64,000 bases of DNA from an uncultured Candidatus Saccharibacteria bacterium (lineage in GTDB: Bacteria > Patescibacteriota > Saccharimonadia > Saccharimonadales > CAYUUR01): NCBI GenBank assembly GCA_964448075.1, contig CAYUUR010000002.1, positions 645 through 64,644 on the forward strand. Reading direction: 5' to 3'. A program made the translations under genes and the position numbers. The notes under the pieces were generated by a model. That model made no database searches and had not been told where the DNA came from. It saw nothing but the letters and a program-made list of their open reading frames with translations. Every line of letters starts with the position of its first letter. The stretch's first letter is position 1. This document shows positions 56,041 through 64,000 of this stretch, piece by piece.

Positions 56041-56781
56041 CTAGTATGTGCCGATACAGACGAGCGTTTGTTCACCACTGTATGTACCGCCAGCCGTAGT
56101 GTTAGCGGCGTTTATGATGTAGGACATCGTGTACTCAGTGAGGCCAGAGCTCGCTGCAGCCGAAGCTATTGTCTCACCAGCAACATACCGAAAGTTGTTG
56201 GCGGTATTGTAGTTACTAGCTGCTGCCCCGGATGAGAAACTGCTATCCGGCGTCTGTTCAGGGTTGTCGCCAAACGTTGTTGGCGAAGTATTGGCAACAA
56301 GATTGATGCCAAATTGCTCAGTACCGGGTACTGAAGGTCCGGTTGAGTTCATGCCGGCCAGCGTGTAAGCGCCTGTACTAGGTGGACTGCCGACTATTTG
56401 CACGATGTATCCGTATGACGTGTAATTAAGAACACTGAATGTTGCGGTGGCGGTGGCGGCGACTGAGGTGGAAAGAGCACCGAAGTTAACATTTGCGGTA
56501 TCAACTGTACAGCTCAGCGATGGATCGTTAGTCGATATTGGACCACTGTCCGCTTTGTAACTGGTTGAACCACTCGGCCCACCACCAACACCATTCACAG
56601 CTTGTTGACCCGGTGCAGTACCATAGTTAGTGGAATTGCTCTCGAGGCTACCGCCTGGCCCCACAAATGACTCTTCGATCTGGAAGTTACTCGACGAACT
56701 CTGCGCCACGACCAAACCAACAGATAGATTAATAGCAGCAACAACGATGCCCAAATAGATCAATACCCTCTTCATCTGCAT
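56041..56781 (-). CDS. Thr/Ser/Gly-rich secreted protein (paralog B)
   Basis: Signal peptide. Shares TEQFGINLVANTSP and the NFRYVAGE/QFRFVTAD region with paralog A. Confidence 0.55.
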   Translation of the reverse strand: MQMKRVLIYLGIVVAAINLSVGLVVAQSSSSNFQIEESFVGPGGSLESNSTNYGTAPGQQAVNGVGGGPSGSTSYKADSGPISTNDPSLSCTVDTANVNFGALSTSVAATATATFSVLNYTSYGYIVQIVGSPPSTGAYTLAGMNSTGPSVPGTEQFGINLVANTSPTTFGDNPEQTPDSSFSSGAAASNYNTANNFRYVAGETIASAAASSGLTEYTMSYIINAANTTAGGTYSGEQTLVCIGTY

Positions 56782-56827
56782 CTATTATACGGATTGTACC
56801 AAACCAGCGCAAAGCGCTTATGGCTAA

Positions 56828-57931
56828 CTATTTATCGATTGAAACGTAGACTTGCGCGGCCTGCTTGTCTTTGAGGTCATTGATATACGTAGAGAGGTCT
56901 TTAAAATTAAAGACGATGTGAGCCCCTTCTACCTTGTCATCGTTTTTGCTAAGTGTCTTCACGATCTCAAGGCTGTAACCAGTGTTGATGATTTCGGAAA
57001 CTTCGCCGGGATTTAGCCGAAACAGCGCATCGGTGGTCTGTGCACTGATGTCCCGGTTAGCCTTATCAATCGTAAAACCAAACTTGCCGCCACGTGCCTT
57101 ACTGACATCATCCTCAGAATACTGCTTGGCAACGTCTTCGAACTTCTGCCCAGACTTCACGAGTGCAAAGGCCTTCTCGGCACGTTGGTTGGTGTCCGTA
57201 TCGATCGCGGCGATTACCTTTTGTTCAAGCAAGCGCTGCTTAATCACGCGCCTGAAGTCATTAACTGTCCAGCCAAAGTTCTGTTTCAAGGCGTCTTCAT
57301 AGGCTTGTTCGCTACCGCCTAGTCTGTTCTGACGACGCAAGATTGTTATCTGGTCGTCAACTTCGGCGTTACTGACAGAAACATTGTTCTGCTTGGCGAG
57401 TTCTTTGACGTAGGCGTCATTCACTACCTTGTCGAGTGCGCGCTTTTTATACTCAGTGAGCTGTTGTTGGCCAGCCTCAGAGTTAAAGTCCAGTTTCTGC
57501 TGGTTTTCGTAAAAGAACGTGTAATGACGGAGTTCAAACAGATAGTTTTCGTATGCCACGAAGCGTGAGCCAGTCTTTGCAACCGGAAACGGCACCACCT
57601 GAGTAACGCGGTAAATAAAGCCTGACGTCGTGTCAAACCGGTACAGTGCAGCTAGACAGTAAGCAAAGAATACGACAGCCAAACTAATGATGATACCCGT
57701 AGATATCAAAACAATACGATGTTTTGAATGCTGCAGTGGGTAGATGTACTTACGGGCACTGCCAAGCACCTCTTCGCGGTGGGCCGCAACGGTCTCGTTT
57801 GTAATCTTGGGCGCCGCAGTAGATTCAGCTGCAGGAGCCTGTTTTTTGCGATTTAGTATTTTTTTAATTCTCTTCTTCATAAGCCTCGTCATCAGTACCG
57901 TATTCATTTTGCATATACGGCTCAACCCCAT
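56828..57931 (-). CDS. prsA: membrane-anchored parvulin-type peptidyl-prolyl isomerase (PrsA/SurA-like foldase)
   Basis: N-terminal TM, SurA-N-like helical domain and a parvulin signature (FEDVAKQYSEDDVSKARGGKFGF). Confidence 0.75.
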   Translation of the reverse strand: MGLSRICKMNTVLMTRLMKKRIKKILNRKKQAPAAESTAAPKITNETVAAHREEVLGSARKYIYPLQHSKHRIVLISTGIIISLAVVFFAYCLAALYRFDTTSGFIYRVTQVVPFPVAKTGSRFVAYENYLFELRHYTFFYENQQKLDFNSEAGQQQLTEYKKRALDKVVNDAYVKELAKQNNVSVSNAEVDDQITILRRQNRLGGSEQAYEDALKQNFGWTVNDFRRVIKQRLLEQKVIAAIDTDTNQRAEKAFALVKSGQKFEDVAKQYSEDDVSKARGGKFGFTIDKANRDISAQTTDALFRLNPGEVSEIINTGYSLEIVKTLSKNDDKVEGAHIVFNFKDLSTYINDLKDKQAAQVYVSIDK

Positions 57932-58469
57932 GCTCTCGCAAAATCTCAGCTATCTGTTTCTGAATCTTTGCGGGATGATGGATGTCTTTTACTACTAAAT
58001 CTCCAATATAAGTTTGTATAAGTATTGTACCAAATCCCAGCATGGTTTCCTGTAATCCGGCAATTTCGTAGTTCAGTGATTTTATCTGCTGCAGACTGAT
58101 GTCTACGACTGACTTATGGAACAGGCCTTTCTGGCTAACCTGAATAAAACGCTGGTCAGTAACTATGAATACACTGAAGTACCAGCTAATCCACGCCGGC
58201 ATAAACAAGACAATCATCAGGATGAACCCGGCAGCTAAACCACCAAAAAAATAGCTATACTCAGGCTTTACCAGCGCTGGGAGCGTTCCTAGAAGCAAGC
58301 CAATCATACCTAGTACCAGACCCTTACGCATAACCACTGGGTGGCGGCGAAAAACCAAAAGAACCTCCTCGTCATCAAACTGATCATCGAAGTATTTAGC
58401 TTTTTGTGGTACTGCGTTCGCCTGCTTGGCTGTTTTTGCCATAGCATTAGCGTAATTGTTTTTGTACAA
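57864..58469 (-). CDS. bacterial PH-domain (bPH_2/DUF304, YdbS-like) membrane protein
   Basis: Two TM helices followed by FIVTDQRFIQVSQKGLFHKS...SL, a bPH_2-like segment. Confidence 0.6.
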   Translation of the reverse strand: MYKNNYANAMAKTAKQANAVPQKAKYFDDQFDDEEVLLVFRRHPVVMRKGLVLGMIGLLLGTLPALVKPEYSYFFGGLAAGFILMIVLFMPAWISWYFSVFIVTDQRFIQVSQKGLFHKSVVDISLQQIKSLNYEIAGLQETMLGFGTILIQTYIGDLVVKDIHHPAKIQKQIAEILREHGVEPYMQNEYGTDDEAYEEEN

Positions 58470-58480
58470 ATAGTCTACTT

Positions 58481-58557
58481 TGGTGACCCGGGAGGGATTC
58501 GAACCCCCGACGCCCGCCTTAGGACGGCGGCGCTCTATCCAGCTGAGCTACCGGGCC
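58481..58557 (-). tRNA. tRNA-Arg (anticodon CCT)
   Basis: Minus strand GGCCCGG-TAGCTCAGCTGGATAGAGC-G-CCGCC-GTCCTAA-GGCGG...GGGGG-TTCGAAT-CCCTC-CCGGGTC-A-CCA. Confidence 0.88.
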
Positions 58558-58619
58558 ACGTAACTAAATTGTAGTCCATACACGTCACTAGCGGTAGTAG
58601 CCTGCGCTGCATGTTTTAT

Positions 58620-59177
58620 CTAAGCGTGCGTAAGGCCTTCATGGACTGTGGTGTAGTCAAACTGTTCACTCTCGTCAAACCACATGCTAATCTCTTGCTT
58701 TGCTTCGTCAACAGAGCCTGAGGCATGCACCAAGTTTGCTGCACCTTTCCTCTTAAGTGAAGCCCTACCGAGACTCAAGTGCGCATAATCGCCACGGATA
58801 GTTCCTGGGGCTGAATCTTTAGGTCCAGTACTTCCGACCATCTTCCGTACAACTTCTACGGCGTGGCCACCCTCCAAGACTAGCGCAATCACAGGAGCAC
58901 TGTGCATATACTGACGAGTTGCCGTAACGATCATTTCACCAATTTCTTCAATCGTCTCGCTGTATTCAACACCATAACTATCCCAATCAGTTTTTGTTTT
59001 GCCACCAACAATCGGCACTAAGTCATCGGGGTAGTGTTTCTTAAGGAGTTCCATCCCCGGAATCATCATCTTCATGCTCACAATCTTTAGTCCTGCTCGC
59101 TCAAACCGCGCAATAATTTCTCCTGCAAGTCCGCGTTGTACTGCATCTGGTTTGAGTATTACTAATGTTCGTTCCAT
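58620..59177 (-). CDS. ndk: nucleoside diphosphate kinase (long-form)
   Basis: RTLVILKPDAVQRGLAGEII and NLVHASGSVDEAKQEISMWF (active-site His), with an internal insertion. Confidence 0.9.
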   Translation of the reverse strand: MERTLVILKPDAVQRGLAGEIIARFERAGLKIVSMKMMIPGMELLKKHYPDDLVPIVGGKTKTDWDSYGVEYSETIEEIGEMIVTATRQYMHSAPVIALVLEGGHAVEVVRKMVGSTGPKDSAPGTIRGDYAHLSLGRASLKRKGAANLVHASGSVDEAKQEISMWFDESEQFDYTTVHEGLTHA

Positions 59178-59289
59178 GAGTTCCCTTCGCTTAGATCTAC
59201 TACTAAAGGCACATTCTAACAGATGTGAAGCCGCTTAACAAACCATTGCCAAGCGACAGCAGCGCAAACGTGTCGTACAATATAAGCAT

Positions 59290-60213
59290 ATGTTGTTTAC
59301 AAAGGCCAAAACCGATTTTCTGGAGTATCTCGAGATTGAACAGAACCGTTCACAGAAGACTATTGCCAACTACGACCATTACCTCACCCGCCTCAGCGAC
59401 TACGCTGGTGACATCAAAGTCGCCGACATCGACCCGGAGCTCGTCCGCAAATGGCGTCTCTGGCTCAACCGCTTAGGCACCAATGTCAGTGATGAGCTGC
59501 AAAAATCTACCCAGAACTACCACCTCATAGCCCTACGGAGCTTCCTAAAATATTGCGCCAAGCGCGACATCCCTACCCTCGCGCCAGATAAGATCGAACT
59601 AGCACGCACCAAGCGAAAACAAGTCACCTTTCTGAACGCAGAAGAAGTCCTAACTCTTTTTAAACAGCCTGACGTAGCGACACTATCGGGTTTACGCGAC
59701 CGAGCCATCTTAGAGTTGCTGTTTTCGAGCGGGCTACGCGTGTCTGAGCTTGTGGGCCTCAATCGCGACCACATCAACCTCAAACGACGCGAGTTCATGG
59801 TACGTGGTAAGGGCCAGAAAGACCGACCAATCTTTATCAGTCCGGAGGCCGCGGCGTGGGTGGAACAATACATCGCAAAACGAGAAGACACATTGCCGGC
59901 GCTATTCATTCGGCACGGTCGCGGTGGAGCCAAAGCCGTTAATACTTCTGGTAACTACAACCGCCTCACCGCCAGAAGCATCCAACGCATGGTGGCACGT
60001 TATGCCCTGCTGGCTGGCATAACCAAGCATGTATCGCCTCATACACTGCGGCACAGCTTTGCTACTGACCTCCTGATGAACGGCGCCGATCTACGCTCAG
60101 TACAGGCTTTACTCGGCCATAGCAACATCGCAACCACACAAATCTACACGCACGTTACCGACCCGCATCTCAAATCCGTTCACGAAAAATACCACCGCCA
60201 CCAGCAAGATTAG
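59290..60213 (+). CDS. xerC: tyrosine site-specific recombinase, XerC/XerD-like
   Basis: SAM-like N-domain plus catalytic R...HxxR...Y (RHSFATDLLMNGADLRSVQALLGHSNIATTQIYTHV). Confidence 0.85.
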   Translation: MLFTKAKTDFLEYLEIEQNRSQKTIANYDHYLTRLSDYAGDIKVADIDPELVRKWRLWLNRLGTNVSDELQKSTQNYHLIALRSFLKYCAKRDIPTLAPDKIELARTKRKQVTFLNAEEVLTLFKQPDVATLSGLRDRAILELLFSSGLRVSELVGLNRDHINLKRREFMVRGKGQKDRPIFISPEAAAWVEQYIAKREDTLPALFIRHGRGGAKAVNTSGNYNRLTARSIQRMVARYALLAGITKHVSPHTLRHSFATDLLMNGADLRSVQALLGHSNIATTQIYTHVTDPHLKSVHEKYHRHQQD

Positions 60214-61352
60214 TATGGTAGACTAGAGAAATTTTCAAGCTTACAACTCTCTGTCGTACGAGGATCAAGCTGGTATGGACCACTCGTACTGCCACTAATT
60301 GGCGCGCCGAGACTAACTTCACTATCGCTCGGCCAAGTGTTAAACCGCTTACAGATTGATTCAAAGGCTTCAACAGCGAATTCAGGATAGACAGAGCTAC
60401 CTGTGGTCAACGGAACACTCACTTTTATTCTACGTAGAACATCGGCAGCCTTGCCAGTTGCGTCAATCTCAGCTTGGGCATTTGCCAATTCTAACGGTGT
60501 ATTGCTCCCTGCCGCAAACGCCTGTACGGTGACATTTACGCCATTGTAGATGGCCTTAAGGCGCAGGAAAGCCGACGCACGGCTCACATTTGTGATCTCG
60601 ACGCTACAAGGGTTTGGTGCGCCGTTTGTATCGCAATTGCCTTTTAAGAACTTACCCTGTGCAGTGCGATCGGTATTGTACGCTGTACTGTTAACACCAG
60701 AAACGACCGAAGCATCATTCGGGTACAAAAACGCATGGAAGGATTGGGCAACTAAATCGTCACGATCGGTTGTGTCTGGTATAAGCATAGCCCTGACAAC
60801 CCCGGTGGTATTACCCCATTTGTTAGGGCCAGATCCATTAGGCACTAGTAAGTTGCCGTTAATCGATGCTGCATCGGTCACGAATGGCGCACTGTTATCT
60901 GTTGATCCCCAGCTGATAACAATCCTATCGATTTGCTGGCCATTGGCGGACTGCACCTTAGTTACCCATGAGCTGTCTGTCGTATCAAGCTTCTTAGACA
61001 AAATATCTGGAGTCGTATCGATCAGGAGACAGCTGACACTCACGTTCGTATTGACGCCAATAGCACCGCCACCGCTGGCAATCGGTGAATTGTTGGCTGC
61101 ACAGTCGTTAATCTCAAGCACATCGTTGCTGGCTATTGCAGCATCAACCGCATCACGCGCGATGTTTACGCCACTCTCAGCCGCATAGAAAGCCTGTGTG
61201 CTCAACTGCTGGTCAAGCGCCTGGCGCTGCTCACGACGCATCAGATTAGCAAAGCCCACGGCAATAAGCGTCACAATACCAAGGATAATCAACGTTACCG
61301 TGATTGCCGCCATGCCTGACTCATTTGACTGTAAGCGCTTATTTTCTGTCAT
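60210..61352 (-). CDS. PilX-like minor pilin / pilus-associated protein
   Basis: N-terminal hydrophobic PilX-N-type segment (GMAAITVTLIILGIVTLIAVGFANLMRREQ) and a Ser/Thr/Asn-rich ectodomain. Confidence 0.55.
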   Translation of the reverse strand: MTENKRLQSNESGMAAITVTLIILGIVTLIAVGFANLMRREQRQALDQQLSTQAFYAAESGVNIARDAVDAAIASNDVLEINDCAANNSPIASGGGAIGVNTNVSVSCLLIDTTPDILSKKLDTTDSSWVTKVQSANGQQIDRIVISWGSTDNSAPFVTDAASINGNLLVPNGSGPNKWGNTTGVVRAMLIPDTTDRDDLVAQSFHAFLYPNDASVVSGVNSTAYNTDRTAQGKFLKGNCDTNGAPNPCSVEITNVSRASAFLRLKAIYNGVNVTVQAFAAGSNTPLELANAQAEIDATGKAADVLRRIKVSVPLTTGSSVYPEFAVEAFESICKRFNTWPSDSEVSLGAPISGSTSGPYQLDPRTTESCKLENFSSLPY

Positions 61353-62041
61353 CGTATTCTCCTAAATAACGTCGTGTTTAGCTCTGAGGTAGCGCACCAT
61401 TGTGAACCAAGCCCTGAGCCAACACAGGTCGCTGTGTTAGGGGTGTCCAAATCAAGCAATTCATTGTCAGCCCCATAGGCAACGCCCACACGGAATGTAA
61501 CCAGCCCGGCATTCGCATCAATCTCTTGTGGAGGGTCAAGCCTAAATAATCGCATCCCTTCGCCAAGCATCTCTTTGCCGTCACTGGCAAGGTTGGTTTG
61601 AGTTATGTCGAGAGGAGCACAAGTCTCTGGACGTGCATCACGCCATAATGCACGTGGCACCCAGTTCTGCTGCTTATCGCCTGGCTCATATGTACTATAC
61701 GTACCAGAACTATTAACCTGCCCGTTAATGATGTAACTGTAGCGATTATTGCCGATGCAGAACGCTTGAACAGTAACTGTATCGCCAGCGGTATTTTGTA
61801 CTGGCAAGGTAGTGCCACTGACTTCGAAATTATTGCTAGAAAACTGGATGGCGCGTGAAACCTCATCACTAATTCCCCGTACCGTCTCTTGCGTACGCGA
61901 GGTCACGACACCTTTGTAATACAAGCGCCCAATCTGCACCAACATCGTCGCCGCGCCAAGCAATAGCACCGAGAAGACTACTGTTGCAATCATGAGTTCA
62001 AGTATCGTAAAGCCTTTTTGTGATTTGTTTAGACGAATCAT
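61349..62041 (-). CDS. type IV pilin-like protein (prepilin-type N-terminal cleavage/methylation domain)
   Basis: KGFTILELMIATVVFSVLLLG (G-F-T-x-x-E class III signal). Confidence 0.65.
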   Translation of the reverse strand: MIRLNKSQKGFTILELMIATVVFSVLLLGAATMLVQIGRLYYKGVVTSRTQETVRGISDEVSRAIQFSSNNFEVSGTTLPVQNTAGDTVTVQAFCIGNNRYSYIINGQVNSSGTYSTYEPGDKQQNWVPRALWRDARPETCAPLDITQTNLASDGKEMLGEGMRLFRLDPPQEIDANAGLVTFRVGVAYGADNELLDLDTPNTATCVGSGLGSQWCATSELNTTLFRRIR

Positions 62042-62496
62042 TCCTGATACCCCCGGTACACTAACTGAGCTTGCTCTTTGCCGCCACCAATCCTATCCCA
62101 GCGTACAGTAACGGTGTACGTCTGGTCGGTTTTATCGACAAAGATATTATAAACACCATTAAGGTTTTTACACTGGTCTGGGTACGACGCGTAGTCGTCT
62201 TGCAAGTAGTCGGCTGGCGGCGTCTCAGAAAAAGCCACCTTGGCCGAACCATTAAAACAAAAACGCCCTGTTTGGTTGGGTATGGCTTTGATGGTTTCTA
62301 CCTGTGACTCAGCAATCTTTGTGGCCTCAGATCGCTCTTGCGCCTGACGACTGTTACGAAGCGCCGCATTGACAATGCTGTAGGCGCCACCAACAATCAT
62401 GCCAAGCACTGCTAGGCTAATCAGCACCTCGACAATTGTATCGCCACGTTGATTACGCTTAAACATTGCAGACCTCTGGTACGTCGTCAACAACAA
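62038..62496 (-). CDS. type IV pilin-like protein (degenerate prepilin signal)
   Basis: RGDTIVEVLISLAVLGMIV; 4-nt overlaps with both flanking pilin genes. Confidence 0.55.
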   Translation of the reverse strand: MLLTTYQRSAMFKRNQRGDTIVEVLISLAVLGMIVGGAYSIVNAALRNSRQAQERSEATKIAESQVETIKAIPNQTGRFCFNGSAKVAFSETPPADYLQDDYASYPDQCKNLNGVYNIFVDKTDQTYTVTVRWDRIGGGKEQAQLVYRGYQE

Positions 62497-63247
62497 GCTC
62501 CGTAGAAATACCTGAAGCAGTGTCCCCTATCGTCATAACAGCCTTACGAGCGGCGGAGCCGTTGTCGTTTGCTAGACACACTGTAGCTGATTTGATTAAG
62601 TTTGATTCCGTTATACCGGCTACCTTAAGGCTGAATGCTTGGCCTCCTGTTGGAACAGAGAATAACCGCGAAGACTGCGAACCGCCAATAGGGTCATCGT
62701 TGGCGTCGTAACTTGCCAGACTCGTCAACAAGGCGATGCCGCTAATCTCAGTGCCTTCGTCATCAAAAACCCCTGTTACCCTTAAGCCAGACTGCATAAT
62801 ATAATCGTCATTATACGCCGTTGGGGCGACCTTTGGCTGAGCTAACGTCAGAGAAGTTACCTCTTTGCCTGCACTCTGACGCTTACCTGCAACAGTCACA
62901 AACGACAATGTCGTACAGCCACCACTACAGCCGGTAAGCTGGACAGCCTTACCAAGGAATATACAGCTTTCGTTCGTTCCCTGTGTATTACTACCGCTAA
63001 CAGTAAAGGAGACTTCCGTACCTGTACCGCTACAAGTAAACGCTTTGGTGTCAGAAAAATAGCCAGTTGTGATGTCGTTCGCAACATCACGTAACTTTGA
63101 CTCAAAATCACGCGTACCCTGCGTAAAGCGTGTTCTTTCTTGCTGCCCATTAAATGCCAGCATCGCCACAATAAACATCGCACTGGTAACAGCCAGCACG
63201 ATCATTGCTTCAATAATCGTAAATCCTCGGTTTTTGAGGCAGTTCAT
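62459..63247 (-). CDS. type IV prepilin (minor pilin) protein
   Basis: NRGFTIIEAMIVLAVTSAMF is the canonical G-F-T-I-I-E prepilin leader and helix. Confidence 0.7.
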   Translation of the reverse strand: MNCLKNRGFTIIEAMIVLAVTSAMFIVAMLAFNGQQERTRFTQGTRDFESKLRDVANDITTGYFSDTKAFTCSGTGTEVSFTVSGSNTQGTNESCIFLGKAVQLTGCSGGCTTLSFVTVAGKRQSAGKEVTSLTLAQPKVAPTAYNDDYIMQSGLRVTGVFDDEGTEISGIALLTSLASYDANDDPIGGSQSSRLFSVPTGGQAFSLKVAGITESNLIKSATVCLANDNGSAARKAVMTIGDTASGISTELVVDDVPEVCNV

Positions 63248-63306
63248 AGGTTCAAGTATAGCATAAGCGCGTTGATTCTACCCTGTTTGTGGCGCATTCT
63301 AAGCGC

Positions 63307-64000
63307 TTAAAAACCAATTAATCCGTTATACCAATCAAGCACTCGAGCTCCAAACAAAAACACCAAGTAGCCGCCGGCGATAAGGAATGGCCCAAATGGC
63401 AGTTTACTCGTACGTTTTGCCTTACCTGCTACCATTAGCGGTAACGCCACGAGCGTACCAATCAGTGAAGAAGTAAAGAGTAGTAGTATGGCTGGCATTG
63501 GCCCGCCCACAATCAACCCCAGGAGCGCCCCTAGCTTAACGTCGCCGCCGCCAATCCATTTGCCGGCCGAAAGCTGAAACAACACGTAAAACAGCCCGCC
63601 ACCAATCAGAACGCCCCAGAAGGCCGTTAGTAGCGGATCAGCGCTACCCTGCCAAACGCACATGACAAGCACCTGCAACAGCGCCAGGATGGTCAGCGGC
63701 CATAGCATTGCATTAGGGAGTATCATCCAGCGGAGGTCATAGACAGAAAGTGCCATGAACCCAACTACATAAGCCAGCCAGAAGCCGAGATACACCCATT
63801 GCTCCGTGTTCATCACCTCTGGCCAGACGAGATACGATAATACAAATAACCCTGCTGTTAACAGCTCAACCAAAGGATACTGCCATGATATTACCTTGTG
63901 GCAGTATCGGCATTTACCACGCAAACTAGCCCAACTAATGACTGGTATGAGGTCTTTCGCAGCAAGCTCGTGCTCACACTCCGGGCACATTGAGCGACCA
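63307..64000 (-). CDS. pilD: prepilin peptidase (A24 family), N-terminus truncated by the window edge
   Basis: CPECEHEL...CRYCHKVISWQYPLVELLTA zinc-binding N-domain and a GGGDVKLGALLGL catalytic Asp box. The expected ~35 aa before CPxC lie beyond 64000. Confidence 0.8.
   Translation of the reverse strand, partial: GRSMCPECEHELAAKDLIPVISWASLRGKCRYCHKVISWQYPLVELLTAGLFVLSYLVWPEVMNTEQWVYLGFWLAYVVGFMALSVYDLRWMILPNAMLWPLTILALLQVLVMCVWQGSADPLLTAFWGVLIGGGLFYVLFQLSAGKWIGGGDVKLGALLGLIVGGPMPAILLLFTSSLIGTLVALPLMVAGKAKRTSKLPFGPFLIAGGYLVFLFGARVLDWYNGLIGF

Overview
This 64-kb window reads as chromosomal DNA from a small-genome, Gram-positive-type bacterium with standard stop codons (TGA is a stop). A Patescibacteria/Saccharibacteria-like lineage is an inference only. 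The content is consistent with that lineage: LPXTG surface proteins, a PrsA-type foldase, type IV pilins with a PilD peptidase, a VirD4-like ATPase, a candidate T-box leader, very large surface proteins and tRNA-adjacent selfish genes.

Housekeeping genes: gyrB-gyrA, comM/yifB, infC-rpmI-rplT, a HIT hydrolase, rnhA, queA, tgt, rpmB, miaA, thrS, ndk, xer, nrdR and coaB. RNA genes: RNase P RNA (rnpB, minus strand, missed by the ORF track) and six tRNAs (Pro-GGG, Val-GAC, Gly-CCC, Thr-CGT, Asp-GTC, Arg-CCT).

Between these lie accessory and cell-surface islands:
- a VirD4/TraG-like ATPase with a ~340-aa proline-rich tail, plus small partner genes and a C39-like peptidase;
- an ATL (alkyltransferase-like, Cys->Trp) gene wedged between thrS and miaA;
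- three selfish or toxin-like genes abutting tRNA genes: an HTH protein, an HNH endonuclease and a Fic AMPylase, two of which overlap the tRNA 5' end by exactly 10 nt;
- glycan genes: a processive GT2 synthase, a GT4, a GH15-like (alpha/alpha)6 hydrolase and an MFS transporter;
- a ~16-kb co-directional operon on the minus strand (58469->42061) encoding a bPH membrane protein, a PrsA-like foldase, two paralogous Thr/Ser/Gly-rich secreted proteins, an Ig-like anchored protein, a PKD-domain protein and a 3534-aa giant adhesin-like protein;
- a four-gene minor-pilin operon with PilD at the window edge.

The giant protein carries Fn3-like repeats, an embedded SGNH hydrolase domain, tandem CBM-like jelly rolls, a LamG domain and a tail-fibre-like C-terminal module. 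Candidate unannotated RNA elements are a T-box-like thrS leader, a ~130-nt structured element after the tRNA-Pro locus, and a ~590-nt structured convergent intergenic region. I found no CRISPR array, reverse transcriptase or rRNA gene.
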